Shown here: positions 28,727 through 37,754 of the stretch, piece by piece
Layout of the letters: every line of letters begins with the position of its first letter
Numbering within the stretch: the first letter of the stretch is position 1
From: a virus
Lineage: Duplodnaviria > Heunggongvirae > Uroviricota > Caudoviricetes
Length of the DNA stretch: 64,000 nt
IMG/VR virus record: IMGVR_UViG_3300027917_004307
Strand: one strand, 5' to 3'
Notes under the pieces: model-generated
The model's database searches: none
Told to the model about the DNA's origin: nothing
What the model saw: the letters and a program-made list of their open reading frames with translations, nothing else
Position numbers and translations under genes: made by a program

Positions 28727-29181
28727 ATCTCATGGCCACACGGTGGTGTTGGCCGCAGCTTGCCGCAACACGACTCATATAATTTATTGCTGCCACAAGG
28801 ACACTTGTCTTCATACAAAATTTTGTCTACACAGCAATCATTCATCAACTTAATGTTCACCCCAGGTTTACCAAGCGCAATCATAATTAATGCAAAACCT
28901 TTCCTAATAGTATGAAATTTACCGTTGATATTCACAATCGACCACGCATGATACTCAGGGTCATTATAATCTTCTTCCAACACTTTAAACATGGCCATTA
29001 GCTCTTTGTCAGTGAAATAACTTCTCAGCTTAGACATCATTTCCTCATAACGAAAATCAGGAACGCAAGAAATCCAAAGCCTTCTGAAGCCTTGCGGCAA
29101 TATCTCCTTCTTCAGGACTAAGTAAAATAATTCCGTTTCCTTCCACACAAACATGCGTATACCCGACATTATACAGAACAA
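28723..29181 (-). CDS. SEC-C metal-binding motif protein
   Basis: The C-terminal 'CPCGSNKLYESCCGK' is the SecA C-terminal zinc-binding (SEC-C) motif. Confidence 0.5.
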   Translation of the reverse strand: MFCIMSGIRMFVWKETELFYLVLKKEILPQGFRRLWISCVPDFRYEEMMSKLRSYFTDKELMAMFKVLEEDYNDPEYHAWSIVNINGKFHTIRKGFALIMIALGKPGVNIKLMNDCCVDKILYEDKCPCGSNKLYESCCGKLRPTPPCGHEI

Positions 29182-29259
29182 GCAAGGCTTTAGTCAGGTC
29201 GTCCTCATTTGGAACGACTAAACGGCCACATTCTACACAATTGCCGCGCCCATCAGTTT

Positions 29260-29559
29260 TCATGTCAGCCTCTCCCACTGCCATTTTCCATCGGTAGTGT
29301 CTCGTACTTCATCCAATTTACTCAGCAGAATATTTACCGCCTCGCATAGCTTGCAGATCGTAATAGCATTTTTGTCACCAGCAAGGCAGCCTTTCATCGC
29401 CGAATGTGCATGATATTCATCACAACTTACTCTTACAAGCTTCTTGGCCTCATTGTAAACTTTATTAATCGCTTCTTCGAGTTTCATTTGACCTCCATAA
29501 CCTCTTCCCAGATATGATGAGCGCTTATTCCCAAACATAAGCCCGCCTCTTCTATCCAC
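29260..29559 (-). CDS. hypothetical protein
   Basis: 99-aa ORF. Confidence 0.35.
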   Translation of the reverse strand: MDRRGGLMFGNKRSSYLGRGYGGQMKLEEAINKVYNEAKKLVRVSCDEYHAHSAMKGCLAGDKNAITICKLCEAVNILLSKLDEVRDTTDGKWQWERLT

Positions 29560-29873
29560 GGGCAGAAAGCATCACGAACGAAAGTGTCACCATTTCCGTT
29601 GTTCAATTCTTTATACTTTTCGATCAACCTATACATGCTTTTGACCCGATCGAGATAAGTAGCCTTCCTTGAGACAACCGACTTGTAAAATTGCTTGCAT
29701 GCTTCGGTGAGAGCTATGTCCTTTGGGCCTGCCTCGCCACCACCCCCATCAATAACCCAAACTTCTGGCCCGTATATTTCAAGCTTTCTGGTTCTGATAA
29801 CATCAGATGTTTCAACGATTACGAGCTCTGAGCCGCTAATTTGCCCATTACAAAATTTCCATCGTTCCATCAT
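29484..29873 (-). CDS. hypothetical protein
   Basis: 129-aa ORF. 'EVWVIDGGGGEAG' is weakly family-2-like. Confidence 0.35.
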   Translation of the reverse strand: MMERWKFCNGQISGSELVIVETSDVIRTRKLEIYGPEVWVIDGGGGEAGPKDIALTEACKQFYKSVVSRKATYLDRVKSMYRLIEKYKELNNGNGDTFVRDAFCPWIEEAGLCLGISAHHIWEEVMEVK

Positions 29874-30121
29874 GGTCCTTTTGTCAACAATTCTAAAATT
29901 CTTGGGAAACTATTTGGGTTATGAAGGTCTATAACGAATTCCCAATTGACCAATCCTTCCGACCAAACGCGAGCTTGTAGATCTTCTACATAAATCCTAA
30001 CCATAGAAAAATGTCGTCCCAGCATCAGGTGCTGTGGTGGTTTCCCATCAAACCTTTCAAAATAACCAGTAGTAATGCCATTTTCCTTTAAATATTTAGC
30101 TATAGCAAATATGGCGTTCAC
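29870..30121 (-). CDS. paralog family 1 small protein
   Basis: 'AKYLKENGITTG' and 'DLHNPNSFPRILELL'. Confidence 0.5.
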   Translation of the reverse strand: MNAIFAIAKYLKENGITTGYFERFDGKPPQHLMLGRHFSMVRIYVEDLQARVWSEGLVNWEFVIDLHNPNSFPRILELLTKGP

Positions 30122-30489
30122 ATTGGCTCCGCTAGTTTCGTTCTAACCTTCGGATATCTCTCGGCTAGTGCAGATAGTAGTTCAAAACCACGCAGTAAAT
30201 ATTGCTCAGGAACAGAATTGGGCATCCCAATGCAAAATCTTTCTTTGAACATAACAACAACATCAGAATGTTCAATGTGCCAATAAACTACTTCTGCAGC
30301 CGAAATGACACCACGACGATACGAAGGCAATAGCGCCTTGCGACGTTTACCCAATCTATCCAGCACCACAATTGTCGATTCAGTCTCGGTCATATCTTCG
30401 GAACCACGCAGGGAAGATCGTATAGTATAAAGCATTTCTGCCATTAAACATCTCAGCGTATGCTTCCATAAACCTCTTAAGCCTTCCAA
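30118..30489 (-). CDS. paralog family 2 small protein
   Basis: 'YWHIEHSDVVV' and C-terminal 'ERYPKVRTKLAEPM'. Immediately upstream of the family-1 gene. Confidence 0.45.
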   Translation of the reverse strand: MEGLRGLWKHTLRCLMAEMLYTIRSSLRGSEDMTETESTIVVLDRLGKRRKALLPSYRRGVISAAEVVYWHIEHSDVVVMFKERFCIGMPNSVPEQYLLRGFELLSALAERYPKVRTKLAEPM

Positions 30490-30778
30490 AGGCCTCTTTA
30501 TCGTATATTCCTGCTCGCAATGACGGGTGGGTCTTATGTGTGTATAAAATCACTTCTTCTTTATAAACTTCTAGTCGCGCCTCTGTGTCTTGGCCATTCC
30601 AGAAAATTTTGATCTCTGCGGGGCCGCCCCCATTTTGTGTGGTTGTTGTATACCCAATATCATGAAGCCAGCACAACATGATGTGTAGGAGGTTATGCTC
30701 TTCATCGAAAGCCCGGCATTTAGCCTTCTTTTGGCCATGTGCGTTTGATTTCGTCATCGGCATACTTCCAGAGGCCAT
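30380..30778 (-). CDS. hypothetical protein
   Basis: 132-aa ORF. Overlaps 30118-30489 in another frame, so its exact extent is uncertain. Confidence 0.3.
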   Translation of the reverse strand: MASGSMPMTKSNAHGQKKAKCRAFDEEHNLLHIMLCWLHDIGYTTTTQNGGGPAEIKIFWNGQDTEARLEVYKEEVILYTHKTHPSLRAGIYDKEAFGRLKRFMEAYAEMFNGRNALYYTIFPAWFRRYDRD

Positions 30779-31526
30779 CTTTAATGTAGTAAGCCTGCTT
30801 GCCGTGAAGCTTATTCAATGTGTCTTTCAGGAACGTTGCCCAATTGAGCTTGTTATAGAGACCTAGGTCCCATCTTTTATCTACTGTCCCTATTTTAATC
30901 TTATCAATCTTTCCGACCAATGAATCAATCACCTTTAACGCTTCAGCTGTGTCGATCACAGGTTCCAGACTAACCCAAGTTTGAAGTCCAGCGGCTCGCA
31001 TATTAGCCAATGTTTCAAACCTATCTGCAATAGGACTAGCATTTGGCTCTAACTTCTGCCTGATATTCTCATCAATAAAGCAGATGGTGGTAGCAAATTC
31101 AATATCGTATTTCTTGAAGAGGTTGAAATCTCGCATGGCCATGCTACTCTTTGTTAAAATAGTCATCGGGACTCCATGTTTTCCCATGACATTGATCGCC
31201 TGTTGTGTCAGCAGAAGTGTGCTTTCTAGGGGCTGGTAAGGATCAGAGGTGAAACTCATCAAGACCCTGTCGGTTCCATTGAACCTTTTTGCTTCATTTC
31301 CAAGCTGATGTAAGAGATTCTTTACCCTTTTGGCTTCGCTTAATGTTGCTTTACCCCTCACAGTTGGTAAATCAAATAACTTCTTTTTCTCGTCTTTCTT
31401 GGCTCCCTGATATGCAAAGTAAGGTGCATAACAATATTCGCACTTGTGACCACATCCCTTGTAGAGATTACAAGCCAGGTTGGAATATTCCAGGGCAGGT
31501 CCTTTTGGTTTGTAGATCAGGCTCAT
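30720..31526 (-). CDS. radical SAM protein of the SplB / DNA-photolyase-like (COG1533-type) family
   Basis: 'YSNLACNLYKGCGHKCEYCYAPY' carries the CxxxCxxC motif embedded in the xPYxGCxHxCxYCYA signature of spore-photoproduct-lyase-like enzymes. Confidence 0.6.
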   Translation of the reverse strand: MSLIYKPKGPALEYSNLACNLYKGCGHKCEYCYAPYFAYQGAKKDEKKKLFDLPTVRGKATLSEAKRVKNLLHQLGNEAKRFNGTDRVLMSFTSDPYQPLESTLLLTQQAINVMGKHGVPMTILTKSSMAMRDFNLFKKYDIEFATTICFIDENIRQKLEPNASPIADRFETLANMRAAGLQTWVSLEPVIDTAEALKVIDSLVGKIDKIKIGTVDKRWDLGLYNKLNWATFLKDTLNKLHGKQAYYIKDGLWKYADDEIKRTWPKEG

Positions 31527-31788
31527 TTAACTCCTTTCGTCGCCAGAGAAACAAAGGTATACAAACCTGCTGTGCGTTTCACAGTAAATTAGTTGATTCA
31601 TTATAATCACTTGGCGACGGATCAACAGCGGTCAAGTTGGGCATTTCCTGCAAGCCGCCCCAGTGCGCGGCCCAGTGCCTCGGCATACGCCTGGGCCATG
31701 AGGTACTCCCCGTTCCGGCAGAATCCCCGTATTTTTTCCATGATTTCTTCGGCTTCTTCCATTTTTACTCTCCCAATCATTTGACCGA

Positions 31789-32055
31789 TTACCATTTCAG
31801 TTTGCCCGGTTCCTGCGTTCGGGAATAAAGAGCCCGCATTGTGACGAGGGCCTTCGCTTCCCGTAGGATTTCCTCATGAAGGAGCTTAATCCGTTCCTCA
31901 CAGTCTGCGGGCATAGGGGCCAACCATGTTTTCCCGTCATCATCGAGGAAAGCCCCGAACAAGGATGCTTCTGCCCACCTTGAGGCCGCCCGAACGACGC
32001 GCTCCCTCTGGGCCGATAACATTTCTTCCTGGTCTTTTGTCAGTTCTTCCATCAT
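31789..32055 (-). CDS. hypothetical protein (start chosen at internal Met 'MMEELTKDQ')
   Basis: The N-terminal 30 codons of ORF 31789-32148 look like non-coding translation (Arg-rich). The portion from MMEEL onward is protein-like. Confidence 0.3.
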   Translation of the reverse strand: MMEELTKDQEEMLSAQRERVVRAASRWAEASLFGAFLDDDGKTWLAPMPADCEERIKLLHEEILREAKALVTMRALYSRTQEPGKLKW

Positions 32056-32269
32056 GGCTCTTTCGCTCAATTGCAGGGGTCTTTCCCTGTAGTGTTCTCT
32101 GCGCCTCGGGGCACCTGAATATGATCTCGCTTTTGGCCCCATATTCACACGCCCCCTCTACGATGATCTCCGTGTCATGGTTTCCACACATAGCGCAGAT
32201 CACCAAGAATTCTTTGTACAACGGCTCCGTGAATGCCTTGTTGTCCATCGTCCTACCTCTTTCGCTCAA
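31940..32269 (-). CDS. zinc-ribbon small protein (its 3' portion overlaps the next gene; possible frameshift)
   Basis: The N-terminus 'CAMCGNHDTEIIVEGACEY...RCPEAQ' is a 4-Cys ribbon. The C-terminal ~40 codons look non-coding and overlap 31789-32055. Confidence 0.3.
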   Translation of the reverse strand: MSERGRTMDNKAFTEPLYKEFLVICAMCGNHDTEIIVEGACEYGAKSEIIFRCPEAQRTLQGKTPAIERKSHDGRTDKRPGRNVIGPEGARRSGGLKVGRSILVRGFPR

Positions 32270-32538
32270 TTATAATAGTCGGCGATAAACATGGCGAAGT
32301 TCGCCACGTCTGCCGCTTCCTCGCGTATTTTGTCCTTCTTCCTCTCGTGCACGGCCACGGTCAACTCGGCCATTTCTTCACGAAGCCGGGTCATAAAAAA
32401 TCCATGAACACCAGAAGGTGGCAAAGGATATGTGCAGTTTTTCCAGTGGCGGTCCCATCCACCGTAACCCCGGGCGCGGCCTATGTCCAATTTCCGCCGC
32501 ATCTCATCAAGGAACTTCTTTTCCAGCCCTCGGTTCAT
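32266..32538 (-). CDS. MazG-like nucleotide pyrophosphohydrolase
   Basis: 'REEMAEL...EEAADVANFAMFIADYY' is the MazG/HisE EExxD metal-binding helix pair. Confidence 0.6.
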   Translation of the reverse strand: MNRGLEKKFLDEMRRKLDIGRARGYGGWDRHWKNCTYPLPPSGVHGFFMTRLREEMAELTVAVHERKKDKIREEAADVANFAMFIADYYN

Positions 32539-32610
32539 CTCACTCCTCTCGTCTACTGCTTAAATCCAAATGGCTCAGGGTCTTCCGTAATATGCCTCGA
32601 TACTATCGCG

Positions 32611-32988
32611 CTATTTGACCACCATGGCCGTCGTGTCATCCGGGGCTTCCACGATCAGCACGGGGCTATATTTCCGCTCGTGCGTTTCAAACCTCATGGG
32701 CCAATCGGGTATGTCGTCGTCCTCCTCTGGCATGGTGACCCCGATCACCCACGTTGCCCCCTTGATGGGTTTGGGACAATACTGTGCGAAGATCACGAGT
32801 TCCCCGTCCTTGGAATTAAGTTGATAGGCCGCACCGGTTTCGTAGCAGCCGATCTCTTCTGACTCATGCCCCTCCATTTCGAACAGGTCATCCGATGCCC
32901 CATAGAATCGAAATTCTCTCATGGTTTCATCCTCAAGAACGGTTATTTTGGTAAGGGGTACACCTCTAACAGCAACTTCTCGTTGCAC
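32611..32988 (-). CDS. hypothetical protein
   Basis: 125-aa ORF. Confidence 0.35.
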   Translation of the reverse strand: MQREVAVRGVPLTKITVLEDETMREFRFYGASDDLFEMEGHESEEIGCYETGAAYQLNSKDGELVIFAQYCPKPIKGATWVIGVTMPEEDDDIPDWPMRFETHERKYSPVLIVEAPDDTTAMVVK

Positions 32989-33170
32989 ATAATCTCGTCA
33001 CCACGGTAATATCCCGCCGACTGTGCCTGGCAGGTTTGATGCCCACAATGAGGGCAATCCTCGGGATGTGCAGCTTTGCGGTACTCCAACAAAACCCACC
33101 CGATCACCTCGTGGTAAACAAGGCATTTACCCTCTTTGTGCTTATGTATGTGGTATTTCTTTAGTTGCAT

Positions 33171-33647
33171 CTATGCCTCTCTATTGTGCCAATCGTCGTG
33201 AAGATGTACATCGTCATTGATTACCATGCCATCTTCATACCAATCATCTTCGTTGTCGATGTGGTATTCCTTGTCATCTGGATGTGGTCTGAGAACTAAA
33301 TCAATTGCAGGATATTCCGGAGTAACACCATCGAATATTCCCAATATTGAAAAAGCTAGCCCGCTCAATTTCTCGTGCGTAGTTAGTCTATCAACTTTGT
33401 CCCAATAATCTACATATGATCTTATGATATCCAGAAGTTCTTTTCTTGCTTGCTCTTTTGCAATTGATTCCGACATTCTAATACTCCCTCTATTTTGTTT
33501 GTTTGAATCCTTCGCATTGACCGTCTTCGCCAATCTTACACCTTGACGGTATCTTGCACTTTCCCGTATTGCCGTTGGCAATACAGGCAAGACGCTTGCA
33601 AGGGAAGTTAGGCAACGCCCAATCTCTACTTCTCGGATAACCACCAT
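33171..33647 (-). CDS. hypothetical protein
   Basis: 158-aa ORF. Confidence 0.35.
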   Translation of the reverse strand: MVVIREVEIGRCLTSLASVLPVLPTAIRESARYRQGVRLAKTVNAKDSNKQNRGSIRMSESIAKEQARKELLDIIRSYVDYWDKVDRLTTHEKLSGLAFSILGIFDGVTPEYPAIDLVLRPHPDDKEYHIDNEDDWYEDGMVINDDVHLHDDWHNREA

Positions 33648-33671
33648 CCTTTGGCATCAATCCATTCTTCT

Positions 33672-34097
33672 TCATGACTTTTCCCCAATTGGCCAAGCTT
33701 CACTTAGAAGGCTTGGCCTGTTAGGCTGAGTATTTGCGAAATCACCAACATAAAACAAAGCTCGCACCCAATCTTCAGGTTTGGTCCTAGCGAAGATCAC
33801 GAAGCCGATCACATCGCCTTTTAGACGCTTCTTGATGCTATTCATCGCTTTGCCAGTAGTCCACACATCATCAACGAGCAAGAGCGGATATTTAGGCCCC
33901 TCTTCATATTGTTTCAATGCATTGGCTAGACGAGAACCACCCTTTGGAACACCAAGTACTTTGCTGAAAATAATCCTTCTACCTACAAATTTGGCAATCT
34001 CATTAATATCCGCATCCGTTAGGGAATCGCAATCGATTTTAAAATCACTTTCACCACCTGCGTGAAGAGTAAAGTAGCCATTGATTAGGATAGTCAT
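33672..34097 (-). CDS. type I phosphoribosyltransferase-domain protein
   Basis: 'PLLLVDDVWTTGKAMNS' is the PRPP-binding motif. Confidence 0.6.
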   Translation of the reverse strand: MTILINGYFTLHAGGESDFKIDCDSLTDADINEIAKFVGRRIIFSKVLGVPKGGSRLANALKQYEEGPKYPLLLVDDVWTTGKAMNSIKKRLKGDVIGFVIFARTKPEDWVRALFYVGDFANTQPNRPSLLSEAWPIGEKS

Positions 34098-34107
34098 TTG
34101 AATCCTC

Positions 34108-34770
34108 CTAAGTGTAAGTCAAATAAACCGCTTTCTCACTATCAGTCGGATCCCAAATAGCCAATAGGTATGTAAAAACATCTCGATGCAATACTAACAA
34201 TGGATCAGCCAACTTGCTACTAGGAATTTCCTCTAGCGTCCATGAATTCAGCTTCCTCTCAGATATGATGAAGATTTCACCAGAGTCCAAAACAGGAGTA
34301 AGAGATTTCAGCAAGGACTTTACAGATTTCGGCAAGAGACCTATATACGACGTAGTTAAAACCGCAGGCTGACTATAGGATCGATCACGCTGATAAAGCT
34401 CTTCACGAACATCCTGAAAGTAATCCTCATAAGGTGACTTGGGCTGCATATAATATCTCCCATACTCACTTTCTTCGTTAAATGCCTCAGTGCTAAATAT
34501 TCTCATGATGTTAGACTTGAGACTAAACACTCCATACTTAGGAATAGGAAGTGGAACTGTCTCCACGTGGTTCACCTCCCTTGTCGCTAATGTCCCTTTA
34601 AGTCTGGTCTTCAAGAACCCCATATCAATAACTGGAAACATACTGGACAAGATGGTATGGAACTCTACACCTTCAGCGCTCTTTAACGATTCTATAGTAC
34701 ATTCCAGTGAGTGCAGATTGCTGGTATCAATACTCCTCTTGATCTCTCTTCTAACTTTAGGCATCTGCAT
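34108..34770 (-). CDS. hypothetical protein
   Basis: 220-aa ORF. Confidence 0.4.
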   Translation of the reverse strand: MQMPKVRREIKRSIDTSNLHSLECTIESLKSAEGVEFHTILSSMFPVIDMGFLKTRLKGTLATREVNHVETVPLPIPKYGVFSLKSNIMRIFSTEAFNEESEYGRYYMQPKSPYEDYFQDVREELYQRDRSYSQPAVLTTSYIGLLPKSVKSLLKSLTPVLDSGEIFIISERKLNSWTLEEIPSSKLADPLLVLHRDVFTYLLAIWDPTDSEKAVYLTYT

Positions 34771-34772
34771 CG

Positions 34773-35378
34773 CTACCTCCTCGCAAGAAACTCAGGAACT
34801 TTCCGGTGCACCTGGACGACGCGTGGATCGCCAGCAGTTTTGTATTTCTCGACCAACTCAAGTATGGACGGGAATGATTCTGGATCGTACATGTTAAATA
34901 TGACGGTACCGCATTTGGCCATTGTTGGTGTATCCAAATCAGGTGTATAAATTTTAATTTCTGTGTCATAAATTGCCATGTGTATCTTGAACTTGTTAAT
35001 TATAAGCACCATCATGTCGCCTGAGATATTGTGTGCAGCAATGTCATGCTGAGCCAAAAATTCAGCAACTGCGCATTTTAATTCGTTGTTTGGATCTACC
35101 CACCCACCGGTAGACGTGTAAATAGTATCGCCAATACACATAGTCCCATCGCCAATGCGCTGCAATACTGCATCAGAAACAGTCCAACCGCTATGTATGT
35201 TGACCCAATATTCGTTGATGACCTCTATGAAGTCTTCTATTTCAATGTTCATACTCATATCCAGCAGTTCTTTAACATCACTATAAAACATCACAAGCGG
35301 GACAATATAATCATCTACAGTGCACACTAACTTTTTGCCAATGTCAAGCACAAACCCACTAGTGCTCTTGTGCTTCAC
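34773..35378 (-). CDS. fusion of family-2-like N-terminal half and family-1-like C-terminal half
   Basis: The N-terminal half carries 'YWVNIHSGWTV' (family 2 WHI motif). The C-terminal half carries 'AEFLAQHDI...NMYDPESFPSILELVEKY' (family 1). Confidence 0.5.
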   Translation of the reverse strand: MKHKSTSGFVLDIGKKLVCTVDDYIVPLVMFYSDVKELLDMSMNIEIEDFIEVINEYWVNIHSGWTVSDAVLQRIGDGTMCIGDTIYTSTGGWVDPNNELKCAVAEFLAQHDIAAHNISGDMMVLIINKFKIHMAIYDTEIKIYTPDLDTPTMAKCGTVIFNMYDPESFPSILELVEKYKTAGDPRVVQVHRKVPEFLARR

Positions 35379-35380
35379 TA

Positions 35381-35488
35381 CTACCCCTCCAGAGATTCAC
35401 TCTTCGCCGGGTGCACCTCAAACCCACGATATGGTCGCTCATAGGTGCATTGGATCTTTCCGCACTCGCCGCATTCTGCGCCGTTCAT
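35381..35488 (-). CDS. tiny Cys-rich ORF 'MNGAECGECGKIQCT...' (duplicate start module)
   Basis: 35 codons. The N-terminus is encoded by copy 1 of the 81-bp direct repeat and is identical to the start of 35546-35824 except for one residue. Confidence 0.25.
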   Translation of the reverse strand: MNGAECGECGKIQCTYERPYRGFEVHPAKSESLEG

Positions 35489-35545
35489 AAGGTCATTCCT
35501 ATCGCCAATACTACGATTATGATTGCAATCGCGTATACATTTTTG

Positions 35546-35824
35546 CTACTTCCAGAATTGCCACCACTTCTTTTCTTCAGTTAAAGGCCGTACCAATAAA
35601 GGCCGTACCAACTCAGCCAATACTTTTCTATCCGCAGGCTCTAATTTCCCTTTGGTCTCTATTCTATCAAGTTGGAGGAGAATTCCCTTCATGGCAAGCA
35701 ACTGTTTTTGTTCAACACTACGATAATCTTCTTCTAGTTGATGGCGAATGAGAGCTAGCTCCTGGGGATACCGGTCGCAGGTGCATTGAACCTTCCCACA
35801 TTTCCCGCATTCTGCACCGTTCAT
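35546..35824 (-). CDS. small Cys-rich protein (MNGAECGKCGKVQCTCD...)
   Basis: 92 aa with a 4-Cys N-terminus followed by a helical region. ATGA overlap with the upstream 20-codon ORF. Confidence 0.4.
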   Translation of the reverse strand: MNGAECGKCGKVQCTCDRYPQELALIRHQLEEDYRSVEQKQLLAMKGILLQLDRIETKGKLEPADRKVLAELVRPLLVRPLTEEKKWWQFWK

Positions 35825-35879
35825 TTGCAGATCTCCTCAATAAAACCGATCTTTCCGCACTCGCCGCATTCTGCGCCGT

Positions 35880-36188
35880 TCATAAGGTCATTCCTATCGC
35901 CAATACTACGATTATGATTGCAATCGCGCACAGCAATATCACCCACCCAGGCAATTTAGGCCCGTCTTGAATGACTCTCAATTCGGGCTTTTTGGTGGCT
36001 GCCCCCCTGCTAATTCTCTCGTTCGTGAAAGGCCCAGGGGTAAGGTTAAACTCCGCTCCACACCCATCGCATTTAATATTCACGGAGAGTCCACCTCGCG
36101 GCCCCTGCAAGAAAGCCTTAGACCCGCAGTCAGGACACCGCCCCTTGTCGAGAGTCTTGGATGCCTTTGGGTCGAGATCTTCGATCAT
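35880..36188 (-). CDS. zinc-ribbon protein with C-terminal TM anchor
   Basis: CPDCGS...CDGCGAE ribbon. The C-terminal 'WVILLCAIAIIIVVLAIGMTL' is encoded within copy 2 of the 81-bp repeat. Confidence 0.45.
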   Translation of the reverse strand: MIEDLDPKASKTLDKGRCPDCGSKAFLQGPRGGLSVNIKCDGCGAEFNLTPGPFTNERISRGAATKKPELRVIQDGPKLPGWVILLCAIAIIIVVLAIGMTL

Positions 36189-36307
36189 CTGCGGATCTCC
36201 TCAATGCGAAGCTCCTCAAGACCAATTATGATACGCCAACTCTTCAAATATCTCAAACTCATCCAGTCTTGTCTGTGTCAAAAACCATTAACTCTTCTCC
36301 TCAACTG

Positions 36308-36589
36308 TTAGGGCGCGATCCCTTCATTCCATGAGTATGTCTCTGGCCCATCTTCACCCTTGCAGTAGTCGTGCACCCAGGTGGCGTAATCGTGGCCGAG
36401 CAGTTCACGGACCATTTGGTCAATCACCCACGCCTTGTAGGCTCCGTCCGTTTGGGCGAATCGATACGCCACATCCAGGGCGCAACGGATTCTCTCGTCA
36501 AGGTCTTCCACATTATCCGGTAGCATGCTCTCCCTCCTTTTTGCTACACTCCCCTCACATAGCTTTATGGCATCTTTGGTCTCAGTCAT
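36308..36589 (-). CDS. hypothetical protein
   Basis: 93-aa ORF. Confidence 0.4.
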   Translation of the reverse strand: MTETKDAIKLCEGSVAKRRESMLPDNVEDLDERIRCALDVAYRFAQTDGAYKAWVIDQMVRELLGHDYATWVHDYCKGEDGPETYSWNEGIAP

Positions 36590-36758
36590 TTCATTATATT
36601 ATATAGGACTAATGTTATACTGCTGATACCCAACAGCAATCCAGCCGAGCCAAGCACTAATCCGAAGACCAACTTGCACTTGGTCTTCTCGCCGACATGC
36701 GATAACAGCGAGACTAAAGCGCACGTCAGTCCGGTTAGTCCCAAATATAGAGCTGTCA
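36586..36758 (-). CDS. small two-helix membrane protein (not in ORF track)
   Basis: Manual translation gives MTALYLGLTGLTCALVSLLSHVGEKTKCKLVFGLVLGSAGLLLGISSITLVLYNIMK. Its stop overlaps the start of 36308-36589. Coordinates are approximate to within 1 nt. Confidence 0.3.
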
Positions 36759-36871
36759 TTTGCCTTTCTCCAGGATCTCTCTTATTTCCTTTTTATTCTG
36801 CTCTTTTCCAATAAACCACCGCGTCGATCCACGTCAGTGCCTCGACGCTAACAAAGTTGATTCCCATATTG

Positions 36872-37690
36872 TCAGGGAAGGCCTTGAGAGGAGTCTCTTC
36901 GGTCATCAGGCAGTTTCACCGTCGTCTCCGTCCTAGCGAACTTGGTGATCGAGCCGTCCTGTTCCACCACAGCACAGATAGGACCCCATCCTTTAAACTT
37001 GCCCTCCGGAATCGCGCCTAGGATGCCGTTAATGAGCCCAAGAGGGCGAATGCGATTCGACCCATCCTCGGATTTCCCAACCTGAATATCAGGGTCATCA
37101 ACCATGGTGTCATTACAGGACACTTCATGCTCAATGAAAGCACGGCAGGCATCCGGATCAGTCTTCAGGAAACGGTTCATCACATCGATTGCCTTGTCTA
37201 TTGAGTCCATCGTTACTCCTCGTTTAAATCTCTTCTGTATTCTCTTGAACATCTCTTCGTTGGAGATTGTGCGGCCTGCGCGGATGTCGGCCATCCCACG
37301 CTCTACTAAGGTATGAATGGCCCCCTGGAGGAGTTCCTGTAAGACCACGCCCGTATTTGTCTCAACTTGGACAGCCCGGTCATCCCACAATTCGAGCATA
37401 TTGTAATCTTTCTCGTTGGTCACTTCGAGGCGCTTCCCGACATGCTCTTCACACCAATCCTGAATTTCTTGCCTCATCGCCTCGATCTTCTCGGGTGTGT
37501 CGCTCACACGAGTCGGGTCAGGCCTCCCGACGCGGGCGGTCATGATCTTAACTTCTTTTCCCTCAGCCAACCATTTCTTGACTCGTTCAACCATTTCAGG
37601 AATGGGAGCGCCTATCTTGCCGCCATTCCAACCACCATAGACAGCCAAAGTGCCATCTAGATCTACACCTATCCAGCCTTGTTCAGTCAT
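36872..37690 (-). CDS. HAD-superfamily phosphatase-like protein
   Basis: N-terminal 'GVDLDGTLA' DxDGT motif, then a C-terminal extension. Confidence 0.5.
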   Translation of the reverse strand: MTEQGWIGVDLDGTLAVYGGWNGGKIGAPIPEMVERVKKWLAEGKEVKIMTARVGRPDPTRVSDTPEKIEAMRQEIQDWCEEHVGKRLEVTNEKDYNMLELWDDRAVQVETNTGVVLQELLQGAIHTLVERGMADIRAGRTISNEEMFKRIQKRFKRGVTMDSIDKAIDVMNRFLKTDPDACRAFIEHEVSCNDTMVDDPDIQVGKSEDGSNRIRPLGLINGILGAIPEGKFKGWGPICAVVEQDGSITKFARTETTVKLPDDRRDSSQGLP

Positions 37691-37754
37691 TAGCTGGCTC
37701 CTGATCTTGTTCTATCGGCTCCGCAAGAAGTTTGGCGATGTGGGGATGGATCTC

